From: an uncultured Collinsella sp. | GTDB lineage: Bacteria > Actinomycetota > Coriobacteriia > Coriobacteriales > Coriobacteriaceae | Direction: 5' to 3' | Length of the DNA: 64,000 bases | NCBI GenBank assembly: GCA_902493145.1 | Contig: CABUOA010000003.1 | Location: 6,635 to 70,634, forward strand | Shown: in pieces, positions 45,680-55,782 of the stretch | How the letters are laid out: every line of letters starts with the position of its first letter | Numbering within the stretch: the first letter of the stretch is position 1 | The notes under the pieces: model-generated | What the model saw: only the letters and a program-made list of their open reading frames with translations | What the model was told of the DNA's origin: nothing | Databases searched by the model: none | Made by a program: the position numbers and the translations under genes

Positions 45680-46489
45680 ATGCTGCAGGTCGTCATTTCG
45701 CCCGCCAAGCAGATGCGCGCGGCCCAAGATGCTTTTGAAGTCCTGGGCATCCCACCCTTTGCGCGCGAGACGGCTCGCCTCCACCGCGCACTGCTAGATA
45801 TCGAGCGGAATGAAGGCAGCGGCGGCCTGCAGGCGCTATGGAACGTGAGTGACAAACTGCTGGGGCCTTGCCTCAACACCCTGCATGAGTTCGGGCCCAT
45901 CCTGAAAAACGGCGATCTCGACAATCCCGCACTCGCCTGTCACCTCTCCCCTGCCGTCATGTCCTACCACGGCATTCAATACCAGAGCATGGCGCCCGAG
46001 GTGATGGATTCCGCGCAGTTCGCATGGCTGCAAAGCCACCTGTGGATCCTCTCTGGCCTCTACGGGTGCGTTCGCCCCTTTCATGCCGTCGAACCATATC
46101 GGCTGGAGATGGGCGCGAAGCTCGCCGTTGACGATGCCCGAGACCTCTATGCGTTTTGGAGCGACAAGCTCGCGCGGGCTATCGCCCCGGCAGGCTCAAA
46201 CACCACGATCGTCAACCTCGCCAGCGTAGAGTACGCCAAAGCCGTTCTGCCCCATCTCGCGGGCGACGCCACGGTCATCACGTGCCTCTTTGGCGAAGGC
46301 ATCCGCAACGGCAAGCCCATCCAGCGCTCGACCGCCAGCAAAAAGGCACGTGGTTCCATGGTGCGCTGGATGGCAGAAAACAAGCTCGAGGATGTAAGCG
46401 GGCTCACCGCGTTTGACGTTGGTTATCGTCACTTTCCCGAGCTTTCAAATAAGAACACTTTGGTCTTCCTGAACGAACAGACCTTGTAG
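45680..46489 (+). CDS. yaaA: YaaA-family (DUF328) peroxide-stress protein
   Basis: MLQVVISPAKQM N-terminus, YHGIQYQ and RLEMGAKL are characteristic. Confidence 0.85.
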   Translation: MLQVVISPAKQMRAAQDAFEVLGIPPFARETARLHRALLDIERNEGSGGLQALWNVSDKLLGPCLNTLHEFGPILKNGDLDNPALACHLSPAVMSYHGIQYQSMAPEVMDSAQFAWLQSHLWILSGLYGCVRPFHAVEPYRLEMGAKLAVDDARDLYAFWSDKLARAIAPAGSNTTIVNLASVEYAKAVLPHLAGDATVITCLFGEGIRNGKPIQRSTASKKARGSMVRWMAENKLEDVSGLTAFDVGYRHFPELSNKNTLVFLNEQTL

Positions 46490-46529
46490 GACCACCGCTA
46501 CTTTTGAATGTGCTGCCCAGGCACGGCGT

Positions 46530-47045
46530 CTATTCCGCCAAGCCGTCGGCTTTGGCAACTTCGTTTGTCGAGCCGTCCTGATAGGTAATCTTGACATGCT
46601 CCACCTCGGACACCGCAACACCCGTCGGGGGCTCCAAGCGCCATTCCGTCAGCGCGATATCCATAGTCGTAGGCACGTCGCCCTGATTCTTGAGCTTCAC
46701 CGTCAGCGTTTTGAGCGCCGCATCATACGTCACGCGTTCGATTTCCTCACCAGGAATAGACCCACCGCTCAGCTGAAGCTGGACAAATCCATCGCGCGAA
46801 TACCAATAGTCGCCCGGCGCGGCAACGGTATTGCCGCCCGTAACCTTCACTGTCATGATCGGCAGGGCATCGTCGGCCTCGAACTCCCATGCAGCGCCGC
46901 CGTGACCGCCAAACGTCCAGATACAAAAGGCAATCACCAGCACGGCAAGCACCGCAAAACCAATCGCGACAAGGCCATGGTGCGCACGGCTTTCCTCGGC
47001 CGATACATCCCATTGCGTCTCTCGATATAGATGCTTGTCTTCCAT
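46530..47045 (-). CDS. Hypothetical single-pass membrane protein
   Basis: 171 aa starting at MEDKHLYRE. One TM segment (LVAIGFAVLAVLVIAFCIWTF) followed by a beta-rich exodomain. The rest of the 600-aa ORF is antisense to thiC. Confidence 0.55.
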   Translation of the reverse strand: MEDKHLYRETQWDVSAEESRAHHGLVAIGFAVLAVLVIAFCIWTFGGHGGAAWEFEADDALPIMTVKVTGGNTVAAPGDYWYSRDGFVQLQLSGGSIPGEEIERVTYDAALKTLTVKLKNQGDVPTTMDIALTEWRLEPPTGVAVSEVEHVKITYQDGSTNEVAKADGLAE

Positions 47046-47114
47046 GTTCGCCTCCCCACAGGCACGCTCGTTAGGCCAATCGTACCCATTCGAGCTATAC
47101 TTGAGCCCATTACA

Positions 47115-47212
47115 TAAACGGGGAGCTTGCAGGACAGGACGGCAGGCTGAGACTGGGCGCGCCCGCCCTGACCCGCAAACCTGATATGGGTAATGCCAAC
47201 GAAGGGAGCCGT
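47115..47212 (+). promoter_or_regulatory. TPP (THI-box) riboswitch upstream of thiC
   Basis: CGGGGAGC...GGCTGAGA...ACCC...AACCTGATATGGGTAATGCCAACGAAGGGAG contains the conserved CUGAGA and ACCUGAU...GGnUAAUnCC...GGGA elements. Confidence 0.85.
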
Positions 47213-47216
47213 GCCA

Positions 47217-48551
47217 ATGAGCACACAGACCGAGCCCAAGCTCGTCACGCAAATCGACTTCGCCCGCGCCGGGCAGATCACGCCGCAGATGAAGGAAGTC
47301 GCCGAGCGCGAGCATCGCGACCCCGAGTACATCCGCGAGCGCGTGGCCGACGGCCGCATCGCCATTCCCGCCAACATCGTGCACATCAAAAAAGGCATGC
47401 GCGCCTTTGGTGTCGGCGAGGGCCTGTCTACTAAGGTCAACGTCAACCTGGGCATCTCGGGCGATAAAGCCGATGCCGCCGAGGAATGGAAGAAGGTCAA
47501 GATCGCCGAGGACTTTGGCGCCGACGCCATCATGGACCTTTCCAACTCGGGCAAGACGCGCCAGTTCCGCCAGCAGCTCATCGACGAGACGCCGCTCATG
47601 GTGGGCACCGTCCCCATGTACGACGCCATCGGCTACATGGAAAAGCCGCTGGTCAAGCTTACCAAGGATGACCTGTTCGAGGTCGTGCGCGCGCACGCCG
47701 AGGACGGCGTGGACTTTATGACCATCCACTGCGGCATCAACAAGTCGGTCACCAAGACCTTTAAGGAGACCGGCCGCCTGATGAACATCGTCAGTCGCGG
47801 CGGCTCGCTGCTGTTTGGCTGGATGGAGGTCACCGGCAACGAAAACCCCTTCTACGAGTACTTTGACGAGCTGCTCGAGATTTGCCACGAGTACGACGTG
47901 ACGATTTCGCTCGGCGACTCCTGCCGCCCGGGCTGCCTCTACGACTCCAACGATGCCACCGAGACCGCTGAGATGATCGAGCTGGGCAAGCTGTGCAAGC
48001 GCGCTTGGGCCGCCGGCGTCCAGGTCATGGTCGAGGGCCCGGGTCACATGGCGCTCGACGAGATCGCCGCCAACATGAAACTGCAGAAGCGCCTGTGCCA
48101 CAATGCCCCGTTCTATGTGCTCGGGCCGCTGGTGACCGATATCGGCGTGGGTTACGACCACATCACCGCTGCCATCGGCGGCGCCATCTCCGCCAGCTCC
48201 GGTGCCGACTTCCTGTGCTACGTGACGCCGGCCGAGCACCTGTGCCTGCCCAACGCCCAGGACGTGCTCGATGGCCTCATGGCCACTAAGATTGCCGCGC
48301 ACGCCGCCGATATCGCCAAGAAGGTGCCGCACGCCCGCGACATGGACGACAAGATGGGCCAGGCACGCCGCAAGCTCGACTGGGATGCCATGTGGAAGTG
48401 TGCTCTCGACCCGGTCACCGGCAAGAAACGCTACGAAGAATCCCCCGCCGCCACCGAGGGCACCTGCACCATGTGCGGCAAGATGTGCGCCGTCCGCACC
48501 GTTAACAAGGTGTTCGAAGGCACGACGATCGACCTCGGCATGGAGGACTAA
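47217..48551 (+). CDS. thiC: Phosphomethylpyrimidine synthase ThiC
   Basis: TIHCGI, SRGGS, VMVEGPGH and the C-terminal CTMCGKMC cluster motif. Starts at MSTQTEPK after GGGAG. Confidence 0.95.
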   Translation: MSTQTEPKLVTQIDFARAGQITPQMKEVAEREHRDPEYIRERVADGRIAIPANIVHIKKGMRAFGVGEGLSTKVNVNLGISGDKADAAEEWKKVKIAEDFGADAIMDLSNSGKTRQFRQQLIDETPLMVGTVPMYDAIGYMEKPLVKLTKDDLFEVVRAHAEDGVDFMTIHCGINKSVTKTFKETGRLMNIVSRGGSLLFGWMEVTGNENPFYEYFDELLEICHEYDVTISLGDSCRPGCLYDSNDATETAEMIELGKLCKRAWAAGVQVMVEGPGHMALDEIAANMKLQKRLCHNAPFYVLGPLVTDIGVGYDHITAAIGGAISASSGADFLCYVTPAEHLCLPNAQDVLDGLMATKIAAHAADIAKKVPHARDMDDKMGQARRKLDWDAMWKCALDPVTGKKRYEESPAATEGTCTMCGKMCAVRTVNKVFEGTTIDLGMED

Positions 48552-48729
48552 CTCGTCACCGGAGCCACAATCGGTAACATGGTGTTCGTCAATTGTTGAC
48601 GTGTGAACATTTGCTTACATTTGCGTAAAGATTGCATCGCCCGCCCGGGTTCGACATAGAGTCGGCCCGGGCATCTTTATAATGCTGGCTTAAAGACCCA
48701 TTTGATTCCGACCGAACAAGGGAGCAAAC

Positions 48730-49560
48730 ATGGATCGCAGTAAGGTACCTGCCGTTCTATCCATCGCAGGATCCGATTCCAGCGGTGGCGCCGGCATTCA
48801 GGCCGACATCAAGACCATCACGGCGCACCGCCTGTATGCCGAGACGGCCATCACCGCCATCACCGCACAAAACACGCTCGGTGTCACCGCCGTGCAGAAT
48901 ATCTCCCCTGATATCGTCGCTGCGCAGATCGACGCCGTATTTGACGATATCCGCCCCAGCGCCGTCAAGATCGGCATGGTTTCCTCTGCCGAGATTATCG
49001 AGGTTATCGCCGACCGCCTGAGCGCCTGGAACGCGACAAACGTGGTCGTCGACCCCGTCATGGTAGCCACCTCGGGCGCACGGCTGATTGCCGAAGATGC
49101 CGCCGAGGCGCTCACCCGCCGCCTGTTCCCACTAGCAACCGTCATCACGCCCAATATTCCCGAGGCCATGGCCCTGCTTGACTACGAGGTCGACTCCGAG
49201 CGCACACAGCAAAATGCTGCCATGCTCCTCACCCGCCGCTTTGGTTGCGCATCCCTCGTTAAGGGTGGGCATCTTGTCAACGAGGCCAACGATGTATTGG
49301 CCGAACCCGCGCCACTCGATGACGAGGGCAACCATCTGGGCGATCCGCTCACCACGTGGTTCCGCCACAAGCGCATCGAGACCGACAACACACACGGCAC
49401 CGGCTGCACGCTTTCGTCCGCCATCGCCTGCGCGCTGGCCCAGGGCATGGATCTTGCCGATGCCGTCAATGCGGGCAAGGCATACCTGACAGGCGCTCTG
49501 GCCGCCGGCCTGAACATGGGCAAAGGCTCCGGCCCTGTCAACCACATGTGGCAGTACTAA
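48730..49560 (+). CDS. thiD: Hydroxymethylpyrimidine/phosphomethylpyrimidine kinase
   Basis: VLSIAGSDSSGGAGIQADIKT, VVDPVMVATSG and THGTGCTLSSA motifs. Confidence 0.95.
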   Translation: MDRSKVPAVLSIAGSDSSGGAGIQADIKTITAHRLYAETAITAITAQNTLGVTAVQNISPDIVAAQIDAVFDDIRPSAVKIGMVSSAEIIEVIADRLSAWNATNVVVDPVMVATSGARLIAEDAAEALTRRLFPLATVITPNIPEAMALLDYEVDSERTQQNAAMLLTRRFGCASLVKGGHLVNEANDVLAEPAPLDDEGNHLGDPLTTWFRHKRIETDNTHGTGCTLSSAIACALAQGMDLADAVNAGKAYLTGALAAGLNMGKGSGPVNHMWQY

Positions 49561-49705
49561 ATAGCCAGTAACCTGCCAAAAAGAGACAGGCTACCTTGCA
49601 CCAAAAACCGTCGCAACATTCGATGAAAATCGTGCAAACGCAAAAAATCATTAAATGTTGCGACGGTTTGATTTTAGATAGCGGTCGAGCAAAGGACCAG
49701 AGCGC

Positions 49706-50317
49706 CTATTCGTCGGCGAGTTGAATTCCCAACAAACCCGAGAGTGCCAGCGCCTGCTCGGCATTGACCGTCAAGCCACGCAACTCATGGTAATCGACCG
49801 AAACAACGGGCGCTGCAAATGTACAGCGCGACACATCAACGCCGGAAAGCGACGTCTTGAACACATCAACACGCGTCAGGTCACAGCCATCCAGGCGTAT
49901 CTGACCCAGCTTGGCACCCTGAAACGCAGCCTCTCTCAGACGTGTATCGCATGCTGTCATAGGGCCAATGCGTCCCTCCGAAAGGTTCGCATAGCTCAAA
50001 TCGCACGATCCAAACGACACGCTCGACAGGCGCGCCTTGAGCAAGTTGAGTCCCGGTGCCGAGCAGTCAACGAAGTCACAGCGGCTGAGCCAGCAGCCTT
50101 CCATGTTGCAGCGGATAAAGCGGCAACCGCGAAACACCACGTCGCGAAACGTCGAGCCGCTCCAGTCAACGCTATCGAACTCGCAAGATCGGAACACAAC
50201 GCCATCGAAGGTCGCGCCGTTCGCCACGTCGTAGGCAAGATCCAAATCCTCAAAAGCGGTATTGGAGACGAGCTCATCGCCCTCGGCAAAGAGGTCGATG
50301 AGCTCGTCCATGCCCAT
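49706..50317 (-). CDS. Pentapeptide-repeat protein
   Basis: Tandem A(D/N)LXX-type repeats (FRSCEFDSVDWSGSTFRDVVFRGCRFIRCNMEGCWLSRCDF...). Starts at the MGMDELID methionines. Confidence 0.8.
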   Translation of the reverse strand: MGMDELIDLFAEGDELVSNTAFEDLDLAYDVANGATFDGVVFRSCEFDSVDWSGSTFRDVVFRGCRFIRCNMEGCWLSRCDFVDCSAPGLNLLKARLSSVSFGSCDLSYANLSEGRIGPMTACDTRLREAAFQGAKLGQIRLDGCDLTRVDVFKTSLSGVDVSRCTFAAPVVSVDYHELRGLTVNAEQALALSGLLGIQLADE

Positions 50318-50396
50318 ATGGCAGCCAATCCGTTCGTTTACCCGGGCAAAACCACCACAAAGGTGCCTGTCCCCTTTGCGGTGGCTTGGGGTCGCG

Positions 50397-51056
50397 CTAC
50401 TCACCGAGCATCTCTTGGAGCTTGGCTGCCACGGCATGTCCCAAGCTCTCGTGGCTTTCGGGCATCATATGCAGATAGTCGATATCGCCCGGCTCGGCAA
50501 ACTCGGCGGCATTCAAAAAGTCGCAGCCAAACTGCTCGGCCACGTGCGCATAGTACTCGCCAAAATGTTCAGATGCCTCGACGGAACGCTCGTCAAAATC
50601 GGTCATATATACATCGGCGATCTGCGGCTTGATCTTGATAGGAGCCATCAGCAGGATGCGCGGGCAAGGCGCAGCGTCGGTCCACGGAAACGCGCGGACG
50701 GCGCGAATCAGCGCCATGGCGCCACGGGCGATATCGGAAGCTGTCACGTTAAAGACCGTCTTACAGTCGTTGGTGCCCAGCATGATCACAATGGCGTCCA
50801 GCGGCTTATGGGCCTCGAGCAGCATCGGAAGCGCGCGAATGCCGTTGAGGTTAGTGTCCAGATGGCACATGTCGTCGCGTACCGTCGTGCGGCCGTTGAG
50901 GCCTTCTTCAATTACATGCCAGCCCTCGCCTAAGTCACGTTGGACCACGCCACACCAGCGCACATCCTGCGCATAGCGCACCGCGGTACCGTCGCGCATG
51001 CCCGCCGGATCGTAACCATAGGTGTTACTGTCACCAAAGCACAGAACGTTTTTCAT
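50397..51056 (-). CDS. SGNH/GDSL-family hydrolase
   Basis: Block I CFGDSNTYG, block III LGTNDC, and the C-terminal D..H region. Confidence 0.85.
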   Translation of the reverse strand: MKNVLCFGDSNTYGYDPAGMRDGTAVRYAQDVRWCGVVQRDLGEGWHVIEEGLNGRTTVRDDMCHLDTNLNGIRALPMLLEAHKPLDAIVIMLGTNDCKTVFNVTASDIARGAMALIRAVRAFPWTDAAPCPRILLMAPIKIKPQIADVYMTDFDERSVEASEHFGEYYAHVAEQFGCDFLNAAEFAEPGDIDYLHMMPESHESLGHAVAAKLQEMLGE

Positions 51057-51134
51057 CTTGAGCTCCTCATTCAGTAAAAAGCCGACGGGGGCAACCCCTC
51101 CCGTCGGCTTGGCATATCACATCGCGCGCACCGC

Positions 51135-52250
51135 TTACAGGTACTTGCGCCAGTCATCCTCGTCCTCATCATCCTCGACTGCTGTCTGGGCCTGCTCGGC
51201 GGCGCGAGCGGCTGCGGCGCGGGCGGCAACCTGGGCATAGGACTCCTCGTTGCGCTCGGGGAAGTTTGCCAGCACGTGCTCGAACTTGGCAAAGTCCTGG
51301 TCCCAGCGCGTAGAGGGCACGGCAAAGAAGACCTGCTTGACCTTGAAGTCGCCCGACGCGAGCTCCTTGCGGAAGAGCTCGGCCACGGCCTCGGCATCAA
51401 AGCCGTTGTTCTCGCAGCCCCAAGCACCCAGCACGAGCTTCTCGCGACCAAGCTCATCGCAGATGGCGAGCACAAAGCGAATGCGGTCGCGCAGGGCATC
51501 CAGCAGAGCATCGTCGCTCACGCGATACTCCTGGCGGGCGCGCCTAACGTTGGGCGCGGCGGCCACGATCACGTCGGCGTATGCATGCACGTGGTTGCGG
51601 TCGAAGCGCACCGCAGGCACCACCAGGGCGCGGTTACGATAGAGCTCGCAGTTGATGTTGCGGCGACGGTTCTCGCCGTACCACTTACGCTGCTTATCGA
51701 GAACGTTGTACAGATACGAATCGGCGCACAGCGTGGCCTCCTGGCCCAGATAACCCTGAATATATCCACCGCCCGGATTGGTAAACGAGGCAAAGGCGAG
51801 CACGGCCATGTCGCAGAACTGCGCATAGCCGCGACCGTTATCGAGGATTGCCTGCGTGGCGGAGGCATCAAGCACAGTGACCTCGGGCAGGACCGGAGCG
51901 GGCTCCTCAGCAGGCGCGGACTCAGCTTCGGCGATTTCCTCGGCAGGCTCCTCGACGGGCTCGGGCGCCGCCTCGGTCTCGGCAGTCTCCGCGTTCTCGA
52001 CGTCCTCGGCGACCTGCTCTTCGGCGGCCACAGCACTCTGAACCTTGGCCTTCATCGCCGCGACAAAGCCGGCAGGCATACCGTCAAACTCGCGAACACC
52101 GGCAAGCGAACGCTCGATATCCTTGGCGCACGCTTCGGACACAGTTGCCACGTGACGCTCGGCGGCCTTGGCACGGGCCCCGCGCTTGGGATTGGGCTGA
52201 CCCGCTCGGTTGGACCTGCGGTTACGGTTCCTGTTGTCGACGTCTGCCAT
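51135..52250 (-). CDS. TIGR02452-family (microbial PARG-like/macro-related) protein with a basic-then-acidic low-complexity N-terminus
   Basis: The C-terminal 250 aa carry FASFTNPGGGY, VIVAAAPN and LGAWGCENNG, typical of TIGR02452. The N-terminal ~120 aa are low complexity. Confidence 0.7.
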   Translation of the reverse strand: MADVDNRNRNRRSNRAGQPNPKRGARAKAAERHVATVSEACAKDIERSLAGVREFDGMPAGFVAAMKAKVQSAVAAEEQVAEDVENAETAETEAAPEPVEEPAEEIAEAESAPAEEPAPVLPEVTVLDASATQAILDNGRGYAQFCDMAVLAFASFTNPGGGYIQGYLGQEATLCADSYLYNVLDKQRKWYGENRRRNINCELYRNRALVVPAVRFDRNHVHAYADVIVAAAPNVRRARQEYRVSDDALLDALRDRIRFVLAICDELGREKLVLGAWGCENNGFDAEAVAELFRKELASGDFKVKQVFFAVPSTRWDQDFAKFEHVLANFPERNEESYAQVAARAAAARAAEQAQTAVEDDEDEDDWRKYL

Positions 52251-52390
52251 ACGTGGCCACCTTTCCTGTCGCTGCCGCTATCGGCTTTTCCCATCCATGA
52301 TACCCCGCCGCGCACAAAAAAGACGGCCCCGAAGGACCGCCTTTCGCATCGTTTTACCGTGTCCGGCAGGAAGCATCGCAATGCCGCGCT

Positions 52391-53086
52391 TTAATCGCGA
52401 CGGCCGAGGATGTTCAGAATGCGCAGGAACACGTTGATGATGTCCACGAACAGGTTGGATGCCATGAGCACGGCGTTGGGCAGCGTGGGCGGCACCGTCG
52501 TTGCCACATAGGTGTCGTAGCCGATGAAGCCGGCGAACACCACGATCACGATCAGGTCGGTGATGGACTGCGAAACGCCCATGAACATCAGCACGATCTC
52601 GACCAGAATCGTGGCAAGCAGGATGCCAAAACCAATGCCATACACACGCTGGAAGAACTTGGGGAAGGTCACGCCCAGCGCACCAAAGACAAAGGTAATG
52701 GCGGCCGTGGCGATAAAGGCGGTGTTAATGGTAGGCAGGTCGTAGTTGGCAAGACCAAACGACGCCGTCAGGCCAAAGGTGCTCGCAAAGACCACGTAGC
52801 CCACGAGTGACAGGCCCACGGACTGTTTGCTGGCAGCAGCCGACATCATGACCATGCCGACGATGGTCAAAATAAATGAGCCAAAGACCAGCGGCAAAGC
52901 GGCGCCGCTCATCATCATGCGCGCAAACGACATGGTGCTCGTAAAGTAAGCACCGGCGCCCATGGCGCAAAAGCCCAAAAAGATCAGAGCAGACATGACA
53001 AGGTTGTACGCGCGCGGCGACATCTCCTTGGCACGGCTTGCGCCGGTCTCGATGGGGCCATTCTGATAGCCCTGGATATCGTTCAT
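52391..53086 (-). CDS. Bax inhibitor-1/YccA-family membrane protein
   Basis: 231 aa with 7 predicted TM segments. C-terminal NLFVDIINVFLRILNILG motif. Confidence 0.85.
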   Translation of the reverse strand: MNDIQGYQNGPIETGASRAKEMSPRAYNLVMSALIFLGFCAMGAGAYFTSTMSFARMMMSGAALPLVFGSFILTIVGMVMMSAAASKQSVGLSLVGYVVFASTFGLTASFGLANYDLPTINTAFIATAAITFVFGALGVTFPKFFQRVYGIGFGILLATILVEIVLMFMGVSQSITDLIVIVVFAGFIGYDTYVATTVPPTLPNAVLMASNLFVDIINVFLRILNILGRRD

Positions 53087-53166
53087 AATTTCGTCCTTTC
53101 AAAAAGCACCGCGACGGCGCCGTAGCTGACAAGTTTCCTGCCATTGTACCCGAACGCCACGCGTTC

Positions 53167-53505
53167 TTACCTGCGGCGCTCGCTCTCGAGTGTTCGGTCG
53201 AACGCCCACACCCACCAACGCATCAGATGAGTCTGCGAGCCATCCGGTCGCTCGCGTGCCTGTTCTTCCAGATACAGTTCGGTCGCATGTCCGCCAAAAC
53301 GAACCTTATAAGTCGCCGTACGAATGCCGTGAACCGTCAGGCCAAAACCGGTGGACGAGACAATCTCGTCAATCGTAAAGCAGCGACCGTCAACCCAGCA
53401 GACGGTAACCGGCACAACCTGTCCGCCCGCGAGAATGCGAGCCACGACGTCCACATACTGCTTGTGCACGCGCCGAGTTTTGCCGTCTGTCTGTCGATAT
53501 TCCAT
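53167..53505 (-). CDS. Hypothetical protein (112 aa)
   Basis: Starts at MEYRQTDGK, preceded by AGGAGG. I recognise no family. Confidence 0.5.
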   Translation of the reverse strand: MEYRQTDGKTRRVHKQYVDVVARILAGGQVVPVTVCWVDGRCFTIDEIVSSTGFGLTVHGIRTATYKVRFGGHATELYLEEQARERPDGSQTHLMRWWVWAFDRTLESERRR

Positions 53506-53755
53506 GCCTCCTATTATCGAACGCATGTTTGCATGTTGTAAAGCGAACAGGCTGTGGTTTTGGGGTGCCGGAGCGATCGCATGTGTCCGCATGGCGTGTT
53601 AGCAAAAAGAACACCCGCGGTCAACAGGGATAATATTCAATTTTAGTGCCAAAAAATTCACTGCTCCCATCAGAACTCGGTAAAGAAACCCGCAGGAGGT
53701 GATACGATTTATCATGTTTCTGTAACGTGCCTGCAAACTTCGAGAAAGCCCATAT

Positions 53756-54805
53756 ATGGACGTAACGTTCTCAACCTTCCTCGGCCAACTTGTGTCGAAC
53801 CCAGTCCTTGCCGTCACCGTGATCCTCGCGCTCGGCGCCATCTTCGTCAATGGATGGACCGACGCACCCAACGCCATCGCGACCTGCGTCACTACGCGTT
53901 GCATGCCCGCCCGCGCCGCCATTCTCATGAGTGCCGCATTCAACTTCCTCGGCGTGCTCATCATGACGCACTTTAACGCGAGCGTCGCCAACACCATCTC
54001 CCATATTGTCGACTTTGGCGGAAACAGTACCATGGCGCTCGCCTGCCTGTGCGCGGCGCTGTTCTCCATCGTCGTCTACGGCGCCACAGCGTCGCGTTTT
54101 GGCATCCCCACCTCGCAAAGCCACAGCCTTATCGCCGGCCTGACCGGTGCCGCCATCGCCCTCGGCGGTGCGAGCAGCGTCAACGTCCACGAGTGGATGA
54201 AGGTCATCTACGGCCTGGCGCTCTCCATCGGCCTGGGCTTTGTCATGGGCTGGGTCCTGTGCAAGCTCGTCTCGATTCTTTTCGCCGCCGCCAACAGGCG
54301 ACGTGCCAATGTCTTCTTTAAATACGCTCAGATCGCGAGCGCTGCGGCCATGAGCTTTATGCACGGCGCGCAGGATGGACAGAAGTTCATCGGCGTGCTC
54401 TTTTTAGGCGTGGCCTTTGCCAGCGGCCAGACGAGCGTCGGCGATGCCGGCATCCCCATCTGGATTATGCTGCTATGCTCGGCCACCATGGGCATCGGCA
54501 CCAGCGTGGGCGGCGAGCGCATCATCAAGTCCGTTGGCCAGAGCATGGTCAAGCTCGAAAAGTACCAGGGCTTCTCCGCCGACCTGGCGGGCGCCGCGAA
54601 CCTGCTGCTTGCCACCCTTACCGGCATCCCCGTGTCCTCCACGCACATCAAGACCTGCGCCATCATGGGCGTCGGTGCCGTCAAACGCCTCTCGGCCATC
54701 AACTTCGGCGTCGTCAAGGACATGATGTTCACCTGGTTCTTCACCTTCCCCGCCTGCGGACTCATCAGCTTTGTCATGGCCAAGCTGTTCATGATGTTCC
54801 TCTAG
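53756..54805 (+). CDS. pit: Inorganic phosphate transporter, PiT family
   Basis: NGWTDAPNAIAT and GIPTSQSHSLIAG, then a second repeat GIPVSSTHIKTCAIMG. Confidence 0.9.
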   Translation: MDVTFSTFLGQLVSNPVLAVTVILALGAIFVNGWTDAPNAIATCVTTRCMPARAAILMSAAFNFLGVLIMTHFNASVANTISHIVDFGGNSTMALACLCAALFSIVVYGATASRFGIPTSQSHSLIAGLTGAAIALGGASSVNVHEWMKVIYGLALSIGLGFVMGWVLCKLVSILFAAANRRRANVFFKYAQIASAAAMSFMHGAQDGQKFIGVLFLGVAFASGQTSVGDAGIPIWIMLLCSATMGIGTSVGGERIIKSVGQSMVKLEKYQGFSADLAGAANLLLATLTGIPVSSTHIKTCAIMGVGAVKRLSAINFGVVKDMMFTWFFTFPACGLISFVMAKLFMMFL

Positions 54806-54872
54806 TCAAACCGAACGTCCATCTGGACCGCAACACTTCGCCCACCCGTCTTCACCTCGAAAGGACCCACCC

Positions 54873-55496
54873 ATGGCAAAGAAACCCGATTCGTTCTACT
54901 TTGACAACTACGTCGCCTGCGCCGACCTTGCTGTCCAGGCCGCAGAGTTGCTCATCAAGATTTTTGAGAACTTTGATCCCGCGCAGATCCACGACATGCT
55001 CGAGGAGATGCATGCGATTGAGCATGCGGCAGACAAGAAGCACCACGAGCTTGAGGACGCCCTGCTCACCGCCTTTATCACCCCGCTCGAGCGCGAGGAT
55101 CTGGATCTGATGAGCTGCGCGCTCGACACCGTGCTCGACCGTATTGAGGGCGTCGTGCAGCGCGTCTACTTCACCAACATTCAGAGCATCCATCCCGACG
55201 CCATCGTCATCGCCCACAAGGTGACTGACGCCTGCCGCGCCATGAAAGACCTGATGGTCGAGCTTCCCAACTACCGCAAGTCCAAAACGCTGCGCGAGCT
55301 GGTCATCCAGATCAACACCATCGAGTCCGAGGCCGACGAGCTCTACATCAACGCCATGCGCAACCTGCACGTTAACGGCAAGGATCCGCTCGAGGTCATC
55401 GCTTGGCGTGACGTCTACGCCTTCCTGGAGTACTGCGCCGACTGCTGCGAGAATGTGGCCGATGTCGTGGATTCGATTGTCATGAAGAACAGTTAA
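54873..55496 (+). CDS. DUF47-family (PhoU-like) phosphate-transport regulator
   Basis: 207 aa. IEHAADKKHHEL and IESEADELY paired-helix motifs. Adjacent to pit. Confidence 0.85.
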   Translation: MAKKPDSFYFDNYVACADLAVQAAELLIKIFENFDPAQIHDMLEEMHAIEHAADKKHHELEDALLTAFITPLEREDLDLMSCALDTVLDRIEGVVQRVYFTNIQSIHPDAIVIAHKVTDACRAMKDLMVELPNYRKSKTLRELVIQINTIESEADELYINAMRNLHVNGKDPLEVIAWRDVYAFLEYCADCCENVADVVDSIVMKNS

Positions 55497-55520
55497 TTGG
55501 GGGTACATGTCCCACCGGTC

Positions 55521-55599
55521 GCGGGCCCGGCCACTAATAACCTTTTTCACTCCGGCTGCAAGCAGAGTCGGTCAAAAGGTTATTAGTGGCCGGGCCCGC
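55521..55599. repeat. 26-bp perfect inverted repeat with a 27-nt spacer
   Basis: GCGGGCCCGGCCACTAATAACCTTTT (55521-55546) and its exact reverse complement (55574-55599). No flanking T tract. Confidence 0.85.
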
Positions 55600-55782
55600 T
55601 CCCTTATGCACCACCATTGGGAACTTTGGCTGATAGATTTAGCGCGACGGGGGTTTGGCTGAAGGGACCTTTGGTATCCGTTCGGACACTTTGGCCCTTG
55701 ATGAGCGTTTGGCTGATTGCTGCTTTGAGTACTCTTTGGGTTACTTTTGGTTTGTTTGATTTTTAATTTTAGGAGGGCTTGT

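Noticed and set aside
44143-45924. 593-aa minus-strand ORF.
   Set aside because: Antisense to the M18 aminopeptidase and yaaA genes. No motifs.
47046-48332. N-terminal 430 aa of the 600-aa minus-strand ORF 46530-48332.
   Set aside because: This part is antisense to the TPP riboswitch and thiC. Only the last 171 codons (from ATG 47045) look like a real membrane protein.
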